Of a DNA stretch of 61,232 bases, positions 1 to 8,609 are shown piece by piece. The first letter of the stretch is position 1. Every line of letters begins with the position of its first letter. The translations under genes were made by a program, and so were the position numbers. This DNA is from Candidatus Latescibacterota bacterium. Lineage in GTDB: Bacteria > Latescibacterota > UBA2968 > UBA8231. The stretch lies in contig JAPYQE010000007.1 of NCBI GenBank assembly GCA_029941315.1, positions 1 through 61,232 of the forward strand, in the 5' to 3' direction. A model generated the notes under the pieces. It saw only the letters and a program-made list of their open reading frames with translations. It did not search any database and was not told the origin of the DNA.

Positions 1-1016
1 AGGGCGACTCGGGCAATCGCGTCTTCGGCCCGAGCCACAATCCTTGGCAACACGGTCGCACTTCAGGCGGCTCCAGCGGGGGCGCGGCAGCCGCTGTGGC
101 CGCCGGCCTGGGTCCGTTGTCCCAAGGTACTGACGGCGCCGGCTCAATCCGCATTCCCGCCTGCTTCTGCGGCGTCTACGGCCTGAAACCTTCGTTCGGG
201 CTGGTCCCGCAATACCCCACCAGCCTCGTCGAACCCTTCTCGCACGCCGGCCCGATCACCCGCACTGTCGGCGACGCCGCGCTGATGCTCAATGTTATCC
301 GAGGCGCGGACCCGCGCGACAAGCTCTCCTGGCCGGACCAGACCGACTATATAGTCGCAATGCAAGGAGGGATCAAAGGATTGCGCGTGGCCTTCTCGCC
401 CGATTTGGGCTATGCCGCCGTCGACCCGGAAGTCCGCGCCATCACCACCAAGGCCGCGCACCGCTTCACCGAATTGGGCTGCGATGTCGAAGAAATTCAC
501 CCCGGTCTGCCTGACCCTTGGGACTTAGTCGACAAAATCTGGTCTTCGGCCTTTGCCGGAGCTCATCTCAAAGATTTCGCCAAAGTCCGCGACCAACTCG
601 ACCTCGGTCTCGTCGCCGTAATCGAAGCCGGACAGCAAGTCTCCGCTGCCGAGCTTTCGCGGGCCCATCAAATCCGCAACGAATACTATCAGCGTTGGCG
701 CATCTTTATGCAGGACTACGACCTCTTCCTCTCGCCTACGCTGCCCGTCACCGCCTTTATCGCCGGCGACCACCACCCCGGTTCGATCAACGGCCAGCAA
801 AGCACCTATCTCGGCTGGACCGCTTTCACCTACCCTTTCAATACCACCGGCCAACCCGCCGCCACCCTGCCCTGCGGTTTCGCCGCCAATGGCCTACCTG
901 TCGGCCTGCAAGTCGTTGGACGCCACCGCGGCGACGCAACAGTCTTACGGGCGAGCGCAGCGTTTGAGGCGCTCGCGCCTTGGGCCGATCAACAACCTGA
1001 TTTGGGCAAAGATTGA
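1..1016 (+). CDS. amidase-signature family amidase, 5'-truncated by the window edge
   Basis: Frame 3 is open from the window edge. Translation upstream of the listed ORF gives ..TSGGSSGGAAAAVAAG.., then GTDGAGSIRIPA, the Gly/Ser-rich amidase signature. Stop at 1014-1016. Confidence 0.85.
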   Translation, partial: GDSGNRVFGPSHNPWQHGRTSGGSSGGAAAAVAAGLGPLSQGTDGAGSIRIPACFCGVYGLKPSFGLVPQYPTSLVEPFSHAGPITRTVGDAALMLNVIRGADPRDKLSWPDQTDYIVAMQGGIKGLRVAFSPDLGYAAVDPEVRAITTKAAHRFTELGCDVEEIHPGLPDPWDLVDKIWSSAFAGAHLKDFAKVRDQLDLGLVAVIEAGQQVSAAELSRAHQIRNEYYQRWRIFMQDYDLFLSPTLPVTAFIAGDHHPGSINGQQSTYLGWTAFTYPFNTTGQPAATLPCGFAANGLPVGLQVVGRHRGDATVLRASAAFEALAPWADQQPDLGKD

Positions 1017-1569
1017 GTCCGACTCAACCGGCCGCAGCCAATTGACGCAATAGCACTCCTCGACAAACTGCTCGACGACCTTGTCCACCCGCGCCGTCAC
1101 CACATCCACCCACGCCGCACCCATAACCACGCCGATATCCCGCGCCCGCCAAACACTCACCATTTGCGCCTGCCGCTTCAGCACCGTCAACACCCACAGA
1201 TCCGCCTCGACCCAATAGGTGGAAACACCTTCCGCCTACCGGCACCGCGTTGATCTCAACAACCAGCATCGACGCCCCCCGCCCGTAGGAGTAACTACCC
1301 TCCACCACAACACCCTGCCGCAAGATCTCTGCTTCGATCCACGCGGCTAGCACATGCCGATCCAGCCCCAAGATCCGGGGGTTGGGCGAAGTGAGCAGGG
1401 TCAAATAGAGGGTGTCGATATCGCGGATAAATTCGGCGCCAGCACAACTCCGAGGCTCTCCGCGGCAATGCAACGGCAAACTCGTCGTCGGATCGGGCTG
1501 GGTTTGCCCGGCGGCAAGTTGGACTGAGAAAACTAGGGCGGCAAGCTACAACACGGCCCAACGCACAGA

Positions 1570-2931
1570 TCAGTCCGTGTAGAAAAAACCGTAGAGGATC
1601 ATCATCTCGTCTTCGCTCAAAAAGCCGAAGTTGAGTTCGCGGTCGGTCCAGTTGTCGTAGGTCGCCTCGACCTTAAAACCCTGCCCCGGCTCGACAACCA
1701 ACGGCGGGTCTAGCTCGAGAATCGGCGGGTGCTCCCAGTCATAGGCGATATAGACCACTTCGCCGTCGCGGTCGCCGCCCATCAACTCGACGCGGAACTC
1801 CGTCATATGCTCGTGCGCGTGCGACACCAGCTGAATGATGTGCATTCGTTCGGGGAAGCGATACTGCTCAAAGAGCGTCGTCACCTTGCCAGCCGGCAGC
1901 GCGATATCGAAGTTGCTCAAACCGAAAATCTTGGCCTCGTGTTGCACCTCGTCCGGATCGGCGTAGTGCAGATTGATATAGGCCTCACCCACCGTGGGCT
2001 CGTCGGTGCGGTTGATATAGTGCGAGTTGAGGTCGAAGCGCATGCCCTTGGGCAATCGCATCGCCACGCCGAGCGGGAAATTAAAGTCGAAAAAAGGCCA
2101 TTGGCTGCCGACGATGGGCTGGTGAAAAAGCATTGTGCGTACCGTGTCGAAAACATATACGCCCTGCTCGTCACGCAAGTCGCGGATCTCATTGGGCGCC
2201 GGCATCCGCTCGGCAGGCGTCTCGTCTTGGAAAGAATACAACAGGAAATGATGCGAGCCGGATTGCATCGAAATTTCGAAGCGCTCGACGAAGAGTTCCT
2301 CGTCGTTGTCGAGCGCTACCATCGAGAAAAGCTCGCGCTCGAAATTGGGCTGCACGTCAAAGGGACCCAAGTGAAACTGGATCCCGTTCTCCGGCTTGGG
2401 CAACGGCTTGAATTCCGGCCGTTGGTAGTGACTCTCGTCCGCCAACAACGCCGGATCCGCTACCGTACCGGTCTCCGGCGCCCCCGCTTCGATCCAGGCG
2501 CGCAAAAAAGCCAGCTCGCCATTGCTCAGCGGCTGCCCGCCCAAAGGCATCAGCGCCCCGTAATAGGCGTGGTCGCCGAAAAAGTGTTCTTGGTCCGGGG
2601 CGTTGACCTTTTCCCAGAGATAGCTTCTGAGCAACCCAGGCAACCCTTGGCCCTGATCGCTGACCCGCATCAACCCCTCGGCTTTTGCCGCCTCATTAGC
2701 CGGAGCCTGCCCGACGAGTTGGCTGTAGGCCACATCCGCAGTCAGCACTAGCGCCGACTGCTCGGCGAATGAGGTCCCCGTCGTATGGCAGCCGACGCAG
2801 CGTGCAGCAAAAATATCTTCCTGAATAATGCCCCAGGTAGACCGCGACTCGGTCTTGACAAGCACCGGGCGGTCTTCACCACAACTCACCAGCAACAACA
2901 CCAACGCCAAAAGCAGAAAATCACGCGTCAT
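1570..2931 (-). CDS. lipoprotein with an N-terminal haem-c (CxxCH) domain fused to a PHM/DBH-like copper monooxygenase-like domain
   Basis: Start moved to Met29 of the listed ORF (ATG at 2931, ATGA overlap with the upstream stop). Lipobox LLLVSC. CVGCH haem-binding motif. His/Met pattern GSHHFLL .. NSHYIN .. SHAHEH .. EDEMM resembles the CuH/CuM ligand spacing. Paralog of 9944-11632. Confidence 0.7.
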   Translation of the reverse strand: MTRDFLLLALVLLLVSCGEDRPVLVKTESRSTWGIIQEDIFAARCVGCHTTGTSFAEQSALVLTADVAYSQLVGQAPANEAAKAEGLMRVSDQGQGLPGLLRSYLWEKVNAPDQEHFFGDHAYYGALMPLGGQPLSNGELAFLRAWIEAGAPETGTVADPALLADESHYQRPEFKPLPKPENGIQFHLGPFDVQPNFERELFSMVALDNDEELFVERFEISMQSGSHHFLLYSFQDETPAERMPAPNEIRDLRDEQGVYVFDTVRTMLFHQPIVGSQWPFFDFNFPLGVAMRLPKGMRFDLNSHYINRTDEPTVGEAYINLHYADPDEVQHEAKIFGLSNFDIALPAGKVTTLFEQYRFPERMHIIQLVSHAHEHMTEFRVELMGGDRDGEVVYIAYDWEHPPILELDPPLVVEPGQGFKVEATYDNWTDRELNFGFLSEDEMMILYGFFYTD

Positions 2932-3626
2932 TGGCAAGCCGCAGTAAATTCCGCTGATGTCGAAGTATACCCGACGACGTGCTCGAAGTTGCGCAACATC
3001 ACCGTACGCAACCAACCGCCCTCGGGCAGACGCTCGTCAACGGTGTCGGGATATTCGGAAGAATGCGTGCAATCGCGCAGCATAATCGCCCGGTAGTTAT
3101 GCTCCACCGCGCCATTTAAGGTCTGGTAGAGGCAAGAGCGCTGGCTAAAACCCACGGCGACGATATTCTTGATATCATAGCAGCGCAGATGATAATCGAC
3201 ATGCGTCTCGTGGAATCCCGACCACTCGCGTTTGGGGAAGTCGGGCTCGTGCGGCAGCGGTGCAATCGAGGGCGAATAATTGGGTACGGCCGGCGTGCGC
3301 GCAGGCGGTGAGCGATCGGCCTCGCCCTCATTGCCCCAACGCGTACCGTGGATCTCGCGCTTGATGCTGCCGGGCTCGTCAGATAACGAGAAGTCGTTGT
3401 GGATATAAACCACCTGCATGCCAACAGCCCGTGCCGCCGCTAGCGCCGGGGCGATGCCCTCTTCGACATAGACATTGCCCTGGCCGCAATCGCTATCCAC
3501 GACCATAAAAACCGTCCGCGCCAACTCGAGTTCCAATTCGGCGTAACAATGACCGTCTTCCCTCCGCACAACCTTATCATTGCCCGCCCCGCCCCACCAA
3601 CGCACCGGCACTTTTAGATTCGCCAT
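2928..3626 (-). CDS. isochorismatase-family (cysteine hydrolase) protein
   Basis: 232-aa ORF. FMVVDSDCG .. VVYIHND .. VAVGFSQRSCLYQTLNGAVEHNYRAIMLRDCT matches the isochorismatase-like fold pattern, with the Cys before the helix. The stop overlaps the downstream start. Confidence 0.65.
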   Translation of the reverse strand: MANLKVPVRWWGGAGNDKVVRREDGHCYAELELELARTVFMVVDSDCGQGNVYVEEGIAPALAAARAVGMQVVYIHNDFSLSDEPGSIKREIHGTRWGNEGEADRSPPARTPAVPNYSPSIAPLPHEPDFPKREWSGFHETHVDYHLRCYDIKNIVAVGFSQRSCLYQTLNGAVEHNYRAIMLRDCTHSSEYPDTVDERLPEGGWLRTVMLRNFEHVVGYTSTSAEFTAACQ

Positions 3627-3632
3627 AATCGT

Positions 3633-3749
3633 TCAGACGCTATAAAATTGCATCTGCTCCTTCTTGTCGCCTGTTTCGCAGTCGGCATCGATCTCGGCCA
3701 TGATACTCTCACATTCCTCAGTGCTCGCGGCGGTTCCCTCGGCACTCAT
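3633..3749 (-). CDS. 38-aa acidic Cys-containing small ORF (MSAEGTAASTEECESIMAEIDADCETGDKKEQMQFYSV), not in the ORF track
   Basis: ATG at 3749 overlaps the TGA of the 81-aa ORF (ATGA). The stop lies 6 nt before the isochorismatase-family ATG. Third-codon positions are GC-rich, as in neighbouring genes. No homology recognised. Confidence 0.35.
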   Translation of the reverse strand: MSAEGTAASTEECESIMAEIDADCETGDKKEQMQFYSV

Positions 3750-3991
3750 AGTGGGATAGAGCTCGGCATGCGCTGTCCGAGGAAGTGACTGACCTTCTGG
3801 CGACCGTTCTTGCTGTCATGCATCGAAGCCTTCACCTTGGCCAGGCGTGAAAAGTTTTGCTCCATAACCCGGAAAAACTGATTATTGGTAATCTGTATAT
3901 CACCCTTCTGCCAATGGCGGTCGATGCGCTTCCACAATTCCAAACGCAATTTGCTCGGCCAATGATTGATATAATTATGTGTTTGGCTCAT
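3746..3991 (-). CDS. hypothetical basic 81-aa protein
   Basis: ORF begins 15 nt after the xth stop and is translationally coupled to the next small ORF. No motif recognised. Confidence 0.45.
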   Translation of the reverse strand: MSQTHNYINHWPSKLRLELWKRIDRHWQKGDIQITNNQFFRVMEQNFSRLAKVKASMHDSKNGRQKVSHFLGQRMPSSIPL

Positions 3992-4006
3992 AACAGGTCT
4001 TGACGT

Positions 4007-4765
4007 TTAACGAAGCTCCAACCCCACCGGACAATGGTCCGATCCGAGCACCTCAGGCAAATGATAGGCCGAAGCGATATCTGCGCAGGGTGTAGCGAAA
4101 AAATAATCGATCCGCCAACCGACATTGCGCCCGCGCGCACCGCCGATATTGGACCACCAGGTATAGTGATCTTCTTCCCCGGGATGCGCGGCACGAAAAG
4201 TATCAATATACCCCGCCGCCGCCAACTCATCCATCCAAGCCCGTTCGATCGGTAAAAAACCCGTGGTCTTGCGATTTTGCTTAGGGCGTTTGAGATCGAT
4301 CTCGTGGTGGGCGGTGTTGAAATCGCCGCAGAGCAGCAAGCTTTCACCCGCCGCCCGTCGAGCTTCGCAATGTGCGAGAAAAGCGGCGCAATACTCCATC
4401 TTATAGGGCACGCGCGCATGATCGCGCTGGCCATTCGGGAAATAGGCATTAACCACTGTGAAGTCTTTAAAGCGCAGCGTTAACGTGCGCCCCTCTCGGT
4501 CGAACCGCTCTGCGCCCAACCCCGCGATTACTTCTTCTGGTTTGTGACGTGTGTAAATGCACACCCCGCTATAACCCTTCTTCTCGCCGCACACCCAAAA
4601 ACCCTCATACCCCGGCGGCGCAATCTGTTCTGGCTCCAACTGCTCGGGCCAGGCGCGCGTCTCCTGTATGCAGAGCACATCGGGTTTTGCCGCGTCAAAC
4701 CAGTCGAGAAAGCCTTTGCGCCAGACTGCGCGAATCCCGTTGACGTTCCAGGAAACGAGCTTCAA
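4007..4765 (-). CDS. xth: exodeoxyribonuclease III
   Basis: MKLVSWNVNGIRA, LCIQETR, GDFNTAHHEIDL and GSDHCPV are the classic ExoIII/AP-endonuclease motifs. Confidence 0.92.
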   Translation of the reverse strand: MKLVSWNVNGIRAVWRKGFLDWFDAAKPDVLCIQETRAWPEQLEPEQIAPPGYEGFWVCGEKKGYSGVCIYTRHKPEEVIAGLGAERFDREGRTLTLRFKDFTVVNAYFPNGQRDHARVPYKMEYCAAFLAHCEARRAAGESLLLCGDFNTAHHEIDLKRPKQNRKTTGFLPIERAWMDELAAAGYIDTFRAAHPGEEDHYTWWSNIGGARGRNVGWRIDYFFATPCADIASAYHLPEVLGSDHCPVGLELR

Positions 4766-5613
4766 GCGCCGGCCTGGTCGAGCAAGCGACCCAGGTTTTC
4801 ACCCAGGATCAACTGCTTGTGCTCATCGGGCACGAAGGTGCAATGCGTGCGAAAAGCTTCGAGCGCGTGTTGATAGGTCATATTAAAACGCACTACCGGA
4901 TAGTCCGACCCCCAACACAGTCGCTCGGCGCCAAAGTTTTCGTAGAGCTTACGCACCACATAGTGCGTATCTGAATAGGGATAAGCCCACGACACATGCG
5001 AGGCGTAGTGAAAACCCGAGAGCTTGATATAAATATTAGGCACCTCGGCCGAGCGCAGAATTTCGTTGAGATTTTCGTGCGGTGCTTCTTCGCGCGCATT
5101 TGCCCCGGCCATATGGTGGCAGAGGAAGGTCACCGACGGAAAGCGCCGCGCCAACTCACGCAATGCCGGTTGCCATTGCGGCGAGATTGCCAAGCTGGCG
5201 ATCAGCTTCTTTTTAGCCGTCACCTCGAAAAATTTCAGCCCCTCTTCTGAAGCAAACCACTCGGTATCGCTCTTTACATAATGCGTATAGCCTTTGAGCT
5301 GATACTTTTCCGCCGCCGCGCTCAAACGCTCGGCCGCACCCGGCGTATGGTATTCGTCCGACCACGAGCAATCGACATCGGCAAATTGCACCAGCCGATC
5401 CGGATAAGCCTTAATGCGGTCGGCAACATAGTCATTATTGTGCGGATTGTGTTCTATACGGGCGCAGACCAGCACGGCTTTGTCGACGCCATTGCGGTCC
5501 ATCTCCCACAGCAGTTGCTCGACCTTGCTGCGGCTCTCGTGATCGGGCACCGGCGGTTCGTAAGGCCAATACTGCCAAGCATGGGTATGCGAGTCTATTA
5601 TAGTCATGAACAC
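4762..5613 (-). CDS. amidohydrolase-2 family metal-dependent hydrolase (TIM barrel)
   Basis: N-terminal IIDSHTHAW metal-binding motif; 283 aa; ATGA overlap with xth. Confidence 0.75.
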   Translation of the reverse strand: MFMTIIDSHTHAWQYWPYEPPVPDHESRSKVEQLLWEMDRNGVDKAVLVCARIEHNPHNNDYVADRIKAYPDRLVQFADVDCSWSDEYHTPGAAERLSAAAEKYQLKGYTHYVKSDTEWFASEEGLKFFEVTAKKKLIASLAISPQWQPALRELARRFPSVTFLCHHMAGANAREEAPHENLNEILRSAEVPNIYIKLSGFHYASHVSWAYPYSDTHYVVRKLYENFGAERLCWGSDYPVVRFNMTYQHALEAFRTHCTFVPDEHKQLILGENLGRLLDQAGA

Positions 5614-6131
5614 AATATATATAAGAAGAGGTGATCCTAGACAAGTATTAGTGTGTATTTTTCCATGATTACGCTATGAACACCTAAGCTCTTATTGCTA
5701 TACTATTGGCACACCCGAGCAAATGTTTGCATATTCATATTTTGTTATTTTTAAATCACTTATGGAACAATTAAATTAATTTTCCACTCTATTGTCGATG
5801 ATAAAAACTATTCGCTCTTTCTCTGCGAGTCGGCGATCTTGGGCCTGCCGCGCAAGCCCGGCGACGGCCGGATTCGCACCATCGAGGTCGAAGTGCCGGG
5901 CACGGGTTCACCGTAATTTTGCCTCGCCGTCGATACTAGCTTTATAAGAATTGTATAATAGAAAACGACATGGCACCTAGCGCGACTACGGGCAGACCAG
6001 ATAGCTAATTATTAAATACATAGCATTTTAGGTGGTTTTTTAGACTGCGCGATTTCTAACTATAAGACGATAAATGTCGCGATTTCCCGCGCCCCTTGCC
6101 TAAATGCGCTCACCTTGTTTTCTTGGAACCC
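5614..6131. other. AT-rich divergent intergenic region containing a roughly 100-nt GC-rich, coding-like insert (about 5820-5915)
   Basis: Composition drops sharply relative to the flanks (runs such as ttttgttatttttaaatcac and aattaaattaatttt). It separates two divergent operons. The insert reads ..LGLPRKPGDGRIRTIEVEVPGTGSP* with no start codon. Confidence 0.5.
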
Positions 6132-6974
6132 ATGCTCAAACATACTTTTTGCCATATCCCAGGTTTTGGCGCCGGAACCGAACGCTCGCTCTGGCAAGCC
6201 GGCTTGCACAGGTGGGAAGATATCTTCAACCAGCCGAACTTACCGCTCAGCTCCAAAAAAGAAGCGACGCTGCACAGCCATATACGCGAGTCGATCGCGC
6301 AATTACAGGCGGGCAACGGCGATTATTTTTATGGCCTGCTGCCCTCTGACCAACAGTGGCGGCTCTTTCCCGCCTTCCGCGACCAGGTGGCCTACTTCGA
6401 TATCGAAACCACCGGCCTCGGCGATCCGTCGGACTATATCACCACCATCGTACTCTACGACGGTCGCCAGGTGCGCTCGTATGTTTCGGGCCAGAACCTC
6501 GGCGACTTCGCCCGCGACATCGCCGACTACCGGCTGCTCGTCTCTTACAATGGCAAGACCTTCGACGCCCCCTTCGTGCGCCGCTGTCTCGGCGCGCCCC
6601 TCGACCAGCCGCATATCGACCTGCGCTACGTGCTCGGCAGCCTCGGCTATCGCGGCGGGCTCAAAGGCTGCGAGCAACAATTGGGCATTCCGCGGCAAGG
6701 TCTAGAAGACATCGACGGCTCCTTTGCCATATTGCTTTGGCACGATTATCAGCGCGGCAACGCAAAAGCCCTCGACACTTTGTTGGCCTACAACGCGCTC
6801 GACGTGATTAATCTCGAGATCCTGATGGTGCTGGCCTATAACGCCAAGCTTGCGAAAACTCCCCTCGGCCTAGAGCATCACTTGCCGCTGCCGACCTCGC
6901 CGTCACTGCCCTTTACCGCCGACCAGGATACCATCCAACGGCTTCGGTCCCAGCACGGTTGGTCGTCTTACTGA
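6132..6974 (+). CDS. RNase H-like 3'-5' exonuclease domain protein (YprB/PolB-exo-like)
   Basis: Start moved to ATG at 6132. YFDIETTGL (Exo I DxE), LVSYNGKTFDAPFV (Exo II) and AYNALDVINLE (Exo III-like). Confidence 0.75.
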   Translation: MLKHTFCHIPGFGAGTERSLWQAGLHRWEDIFNQPNLPLSSKKEATLHSHIRESIAQLQAGNGDYFYGLLPSDQQWRLFPAFRDQVAYFDIETTGLGDPSDYITTIVLYDGRQVRSYVSGQNLGDFARDIADYRLLVSYNGKTFDAPFVRRCLGAPLDQPHIDLRYVLGSLGYRGGLKGCEQQLGIPRQGLEDIDGSFAILLWHDYQRGNAKALDTLLAYNALDVINLEILMVLAYNAKLAKTPLGLEHHLPLPTSPSLPFTADQDTIQRLRSQHGWSSY

Positions 6975-6982
6975 TAAAGCAC

Positions 6983-7018
6983 AAAAAAGCGCGTAGCTAC
7001 CGATTGGTTGCTACGCGC
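6983..7018 (-). terminator. intrinsic terminator of the Spy/CpxP-like gene
   Basis: GCGCGTAGC..GCTACGCGC forms a 9-bp perfect stem (with an inner ACC/GGT extension). An A6 run precedes it on the + strand, which is a U-tract on the minus strand. It lies between convergent genes. Confidence 0.6.
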
Positions 7019-7042
7019 CACTAGTTAAAGCGGATCGAACGT

Positions 7043-7687
7043 TTACCACATTGAACGACGATGTTTCTGCTTGCCGCCGTAAAACGCATCGTCCTTAAGC
7101 TCCTCCAATTTTGCGCGCTGCTCTTTCTTCAGCAGCTTCTCCAACGCCTCACGGTGCTTCTTCTGCAACTTGCCCACCTCTTCGCGATGCGCCTTGCGCA
7201 GGTCTTTGAGTTCATGCTTCTGCTCGTCGGTCAAATTCAGTTTTGCGAACGCTCTCATCCCACCGTGTCCACGCATCCCACCGTGTCCACGCATCCCACC
7301 GTGTCCACGCATCCCACCGTGTCCACGCATCCCGCCGTGTCCACGCATGTTTCTGCCGCGGAAACCTTCGCCAAACTCCGCCCGCATCACCTGCATCTTC
7401 TCCATCTGCTCCGCGTTCAAAATCTTGCCCAGTGCCGTGCGGTGTTCTTCGTGCAAAGCTTCCATTGCCTCAGGGCCTTCGCTCCGAATCTCTTTGATCT
7501 CTTGCCGATGTTCTTTGTGCAAATCCTTGAGCTGTTCCTGCTGCTCTTGCGTCAGATCCAACCCCTGCATCATCCCCCGCATCCCATGCCCTGAACGCAT
7601 CCGCTCTCCGCGATGCGCCACCGCCGCGCTAACCAACACGCCCAGTGCCAATACGACACCTGCCAATACAAACCATTTCTTTTTCAT
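7043..7687 (-). CDS. periplasmic Spy/CpxP/ZraP-like protein with a (MRGHGG)5 repeat
   Basis: Signal peptide MKKKWFVLAGVVLALGVLVSAAVA. Two LTxxQ motifs (DLTQEQQEQL, NLTDEQKHEL). Central His/Gly/Met repeat. Confidence 0.75.
   Translation of the reverse strand: MKKKWFVLAGVVLALGVLVSAAVAHRGERMRSGHGMRGMMQGLDLTQEQQEQLKDLHKEHRQEIKEIRSEGPEAMEALHEEHRTALGKILNAEQMEKMQVMRAEFGEGFRGRNMRGHGGMRGHGGMRGHGGMRGHGGMRGHGGMRAFAKLNLTDEQKHELKDLRKAHREEVGKLQKKHREALEKLLKKEQRAKLEELKDDAFYGGKQKHRRSMW
7256..7348 (-). repeat. 18-bp tandem repeat, 5 copies plus a partial copy, encoding MRGHGG units
   Basis: The unit catcccaccgtgtccacg occurs 4 times exactly and once with a single substitution (cccGccg). The repeat is in-frame within CDS 7043-7687. 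Confidence 0.95.
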
Positions 7688-7791
7688 TTTCTCATCTCCT
7701 TGGGTTTCATTGTTAAGAGATGGCCATCTCTCTTACATACGCCACATTAGACAAACGATCGTTTCCATCCATTTCCATTTTTAAAAAAAAA

Positions 7792-8190
7792 TCACTTCCC
7801 TCGCGTCGGTGTGCGCGGCCTCTCATCCCGACGCTCCATCAACTCGCCAAACCGCCGTTGCCGTCGTTCGACGCGACGAAACTGCTCTTCCGACAAAATC
7901 GGCCGCAGCTCCACCAACACCGCATCCATATGTGTCTTCAACGCCTCCCGATGCGCTATGTCGATATCCCGTAGCTTATCCTGATAGCGCATGAGAATTT
8001 CCCGCAGCGCTATCTGTTGCGCCTCGTCCTGCGGTTTAATCATCCGCTCCATCCTGCGGCTAAAATGCCGTGGATGCGGAATGTGCCGCATTCGATCACG
8101 CACGAACCAACCGAAGAGCAGCGCACCAAGCAACGCGCCAATCAATAGGGTACTACCGAGAATCAACCCACTTTTTGTTTTTGCTTGCAT
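7792..8190 (-). CDS. membrane-anchored periplasmic Spy/CpxP-like (heavy-metal-sensor-like) protein
   Basis: Start moved to the internal Met (MQAKTKSGLILGSTLLIGALLGALLFGWF, one TM helix). The rest is helical and charged, with LSEEQFRRV. Third gene of the sigma operon. Confidence 0.55.
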   Translation of the reverse strand: MQAKTKSGLILGSTLLIGALLGALLFGWFVRDRMRHIPHPRHFSRRMERMIKPQDEAQQIALREILMRYQDKLRDIDIAHREALKTHMDAVLVELRPILSEEQFRRVERRQRRFGELMERRDERPRTPTRGK

Positions 8191-8198
8191 CGCCCGCC

Positions 8199-8609
8199 TC
8201 ACATATCCATGACGTAGGCAGCTTCGGCCGTAGCCGGCACCGCGACAAAGACCGCTTCCAAAAACGAGGCCTCTTCTCCTACCAGTTCGCGTTCGTTCCA
8301 ATTACTCAACGCCAGAAAGACCGCCAAGACCAACGCCAGCGACGCCAGCGGGCGGAAAAGCCACATCAGCGCGTCGGCCAAGCCCTCCTCGCCAGCCCCT
8401 TCGATCCGCCGCGTGACCCGGGCAGCGAAGAAAGGGCGAAACGATTCGGCACGATTCTCGTGTAACAGACCCTCGAGCATCTGCAAGGATGCCCACTCGG
8501 CGCGCAATACGGGATCATCCGCCAAGGCCCGTTCGAAGGCCTCCCGTTGCTCAACGGACATTTCGTCCGCCAAGGCCCGCATCATCTCAATTCGATCGCT
8601 TTCATTCAT
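8199..8609 (-). CDS. putative membrane-anchored anti-sigma factor
   Basis: ATGA overlap with the ECF sigma stop. Cytoplasmic helical N-terminus plus one TM helix (LASLALVLAVFLAL). Assigned from position and architecture only. Confidence 0.5.
   Translation of the reverse strand: MNESDRIEMMRALADEMSVEQREAFERALADDPVLRAEWASLQMLEGLLHENRAESFRPFFAARVTRRIEGAGEEGLADALMWLFRPLASLALVLAVFLALSNWNERELVGEEASFLEAVFVAVPATAEAAYVMDM

Noticed and set aside
945-1561. Three overlapping minus-strand ORFs (82, 151 and 88 aa) that could be joined by a frameshift near 1200 into one ~170-aa product (..FIRDIDTLYLTLLTSPNPRILGLD..VVEINAVPVGG / EGVSTYWVEADLWVLTVLKRQ..)
   Set aside because: No family recognised and no convincing start. 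The 3' part would overlap the amidase gene by about 70 nt. It may be a decayed gene but I cannot support a call. A BLASTX of 945-1569 would settle it.
1729-2751. 340-aa plus-strand ORF; also similar long antisense ORFs at 39107-40120, 48908-49909, 52141-53526, 9971-10609, 27140-27829 and 37825-38490
   Set aside because: Each lies fully inside, and antisense to, a gene with strong family motifs. These are GC-rich shadow ORFs.
7256-7348. Possible CRISPR-like or regulatory repeat array; also the ~66-bp periodicity in 18894-20438
   Set aside because: The 18-bp units are contiguous with no spacers and are in-frame coding (MRGHGG). The 66-bp periodicity is the LRR protein repeat. No cas genes and no repeat-spacer structure occur anywhere in the window.
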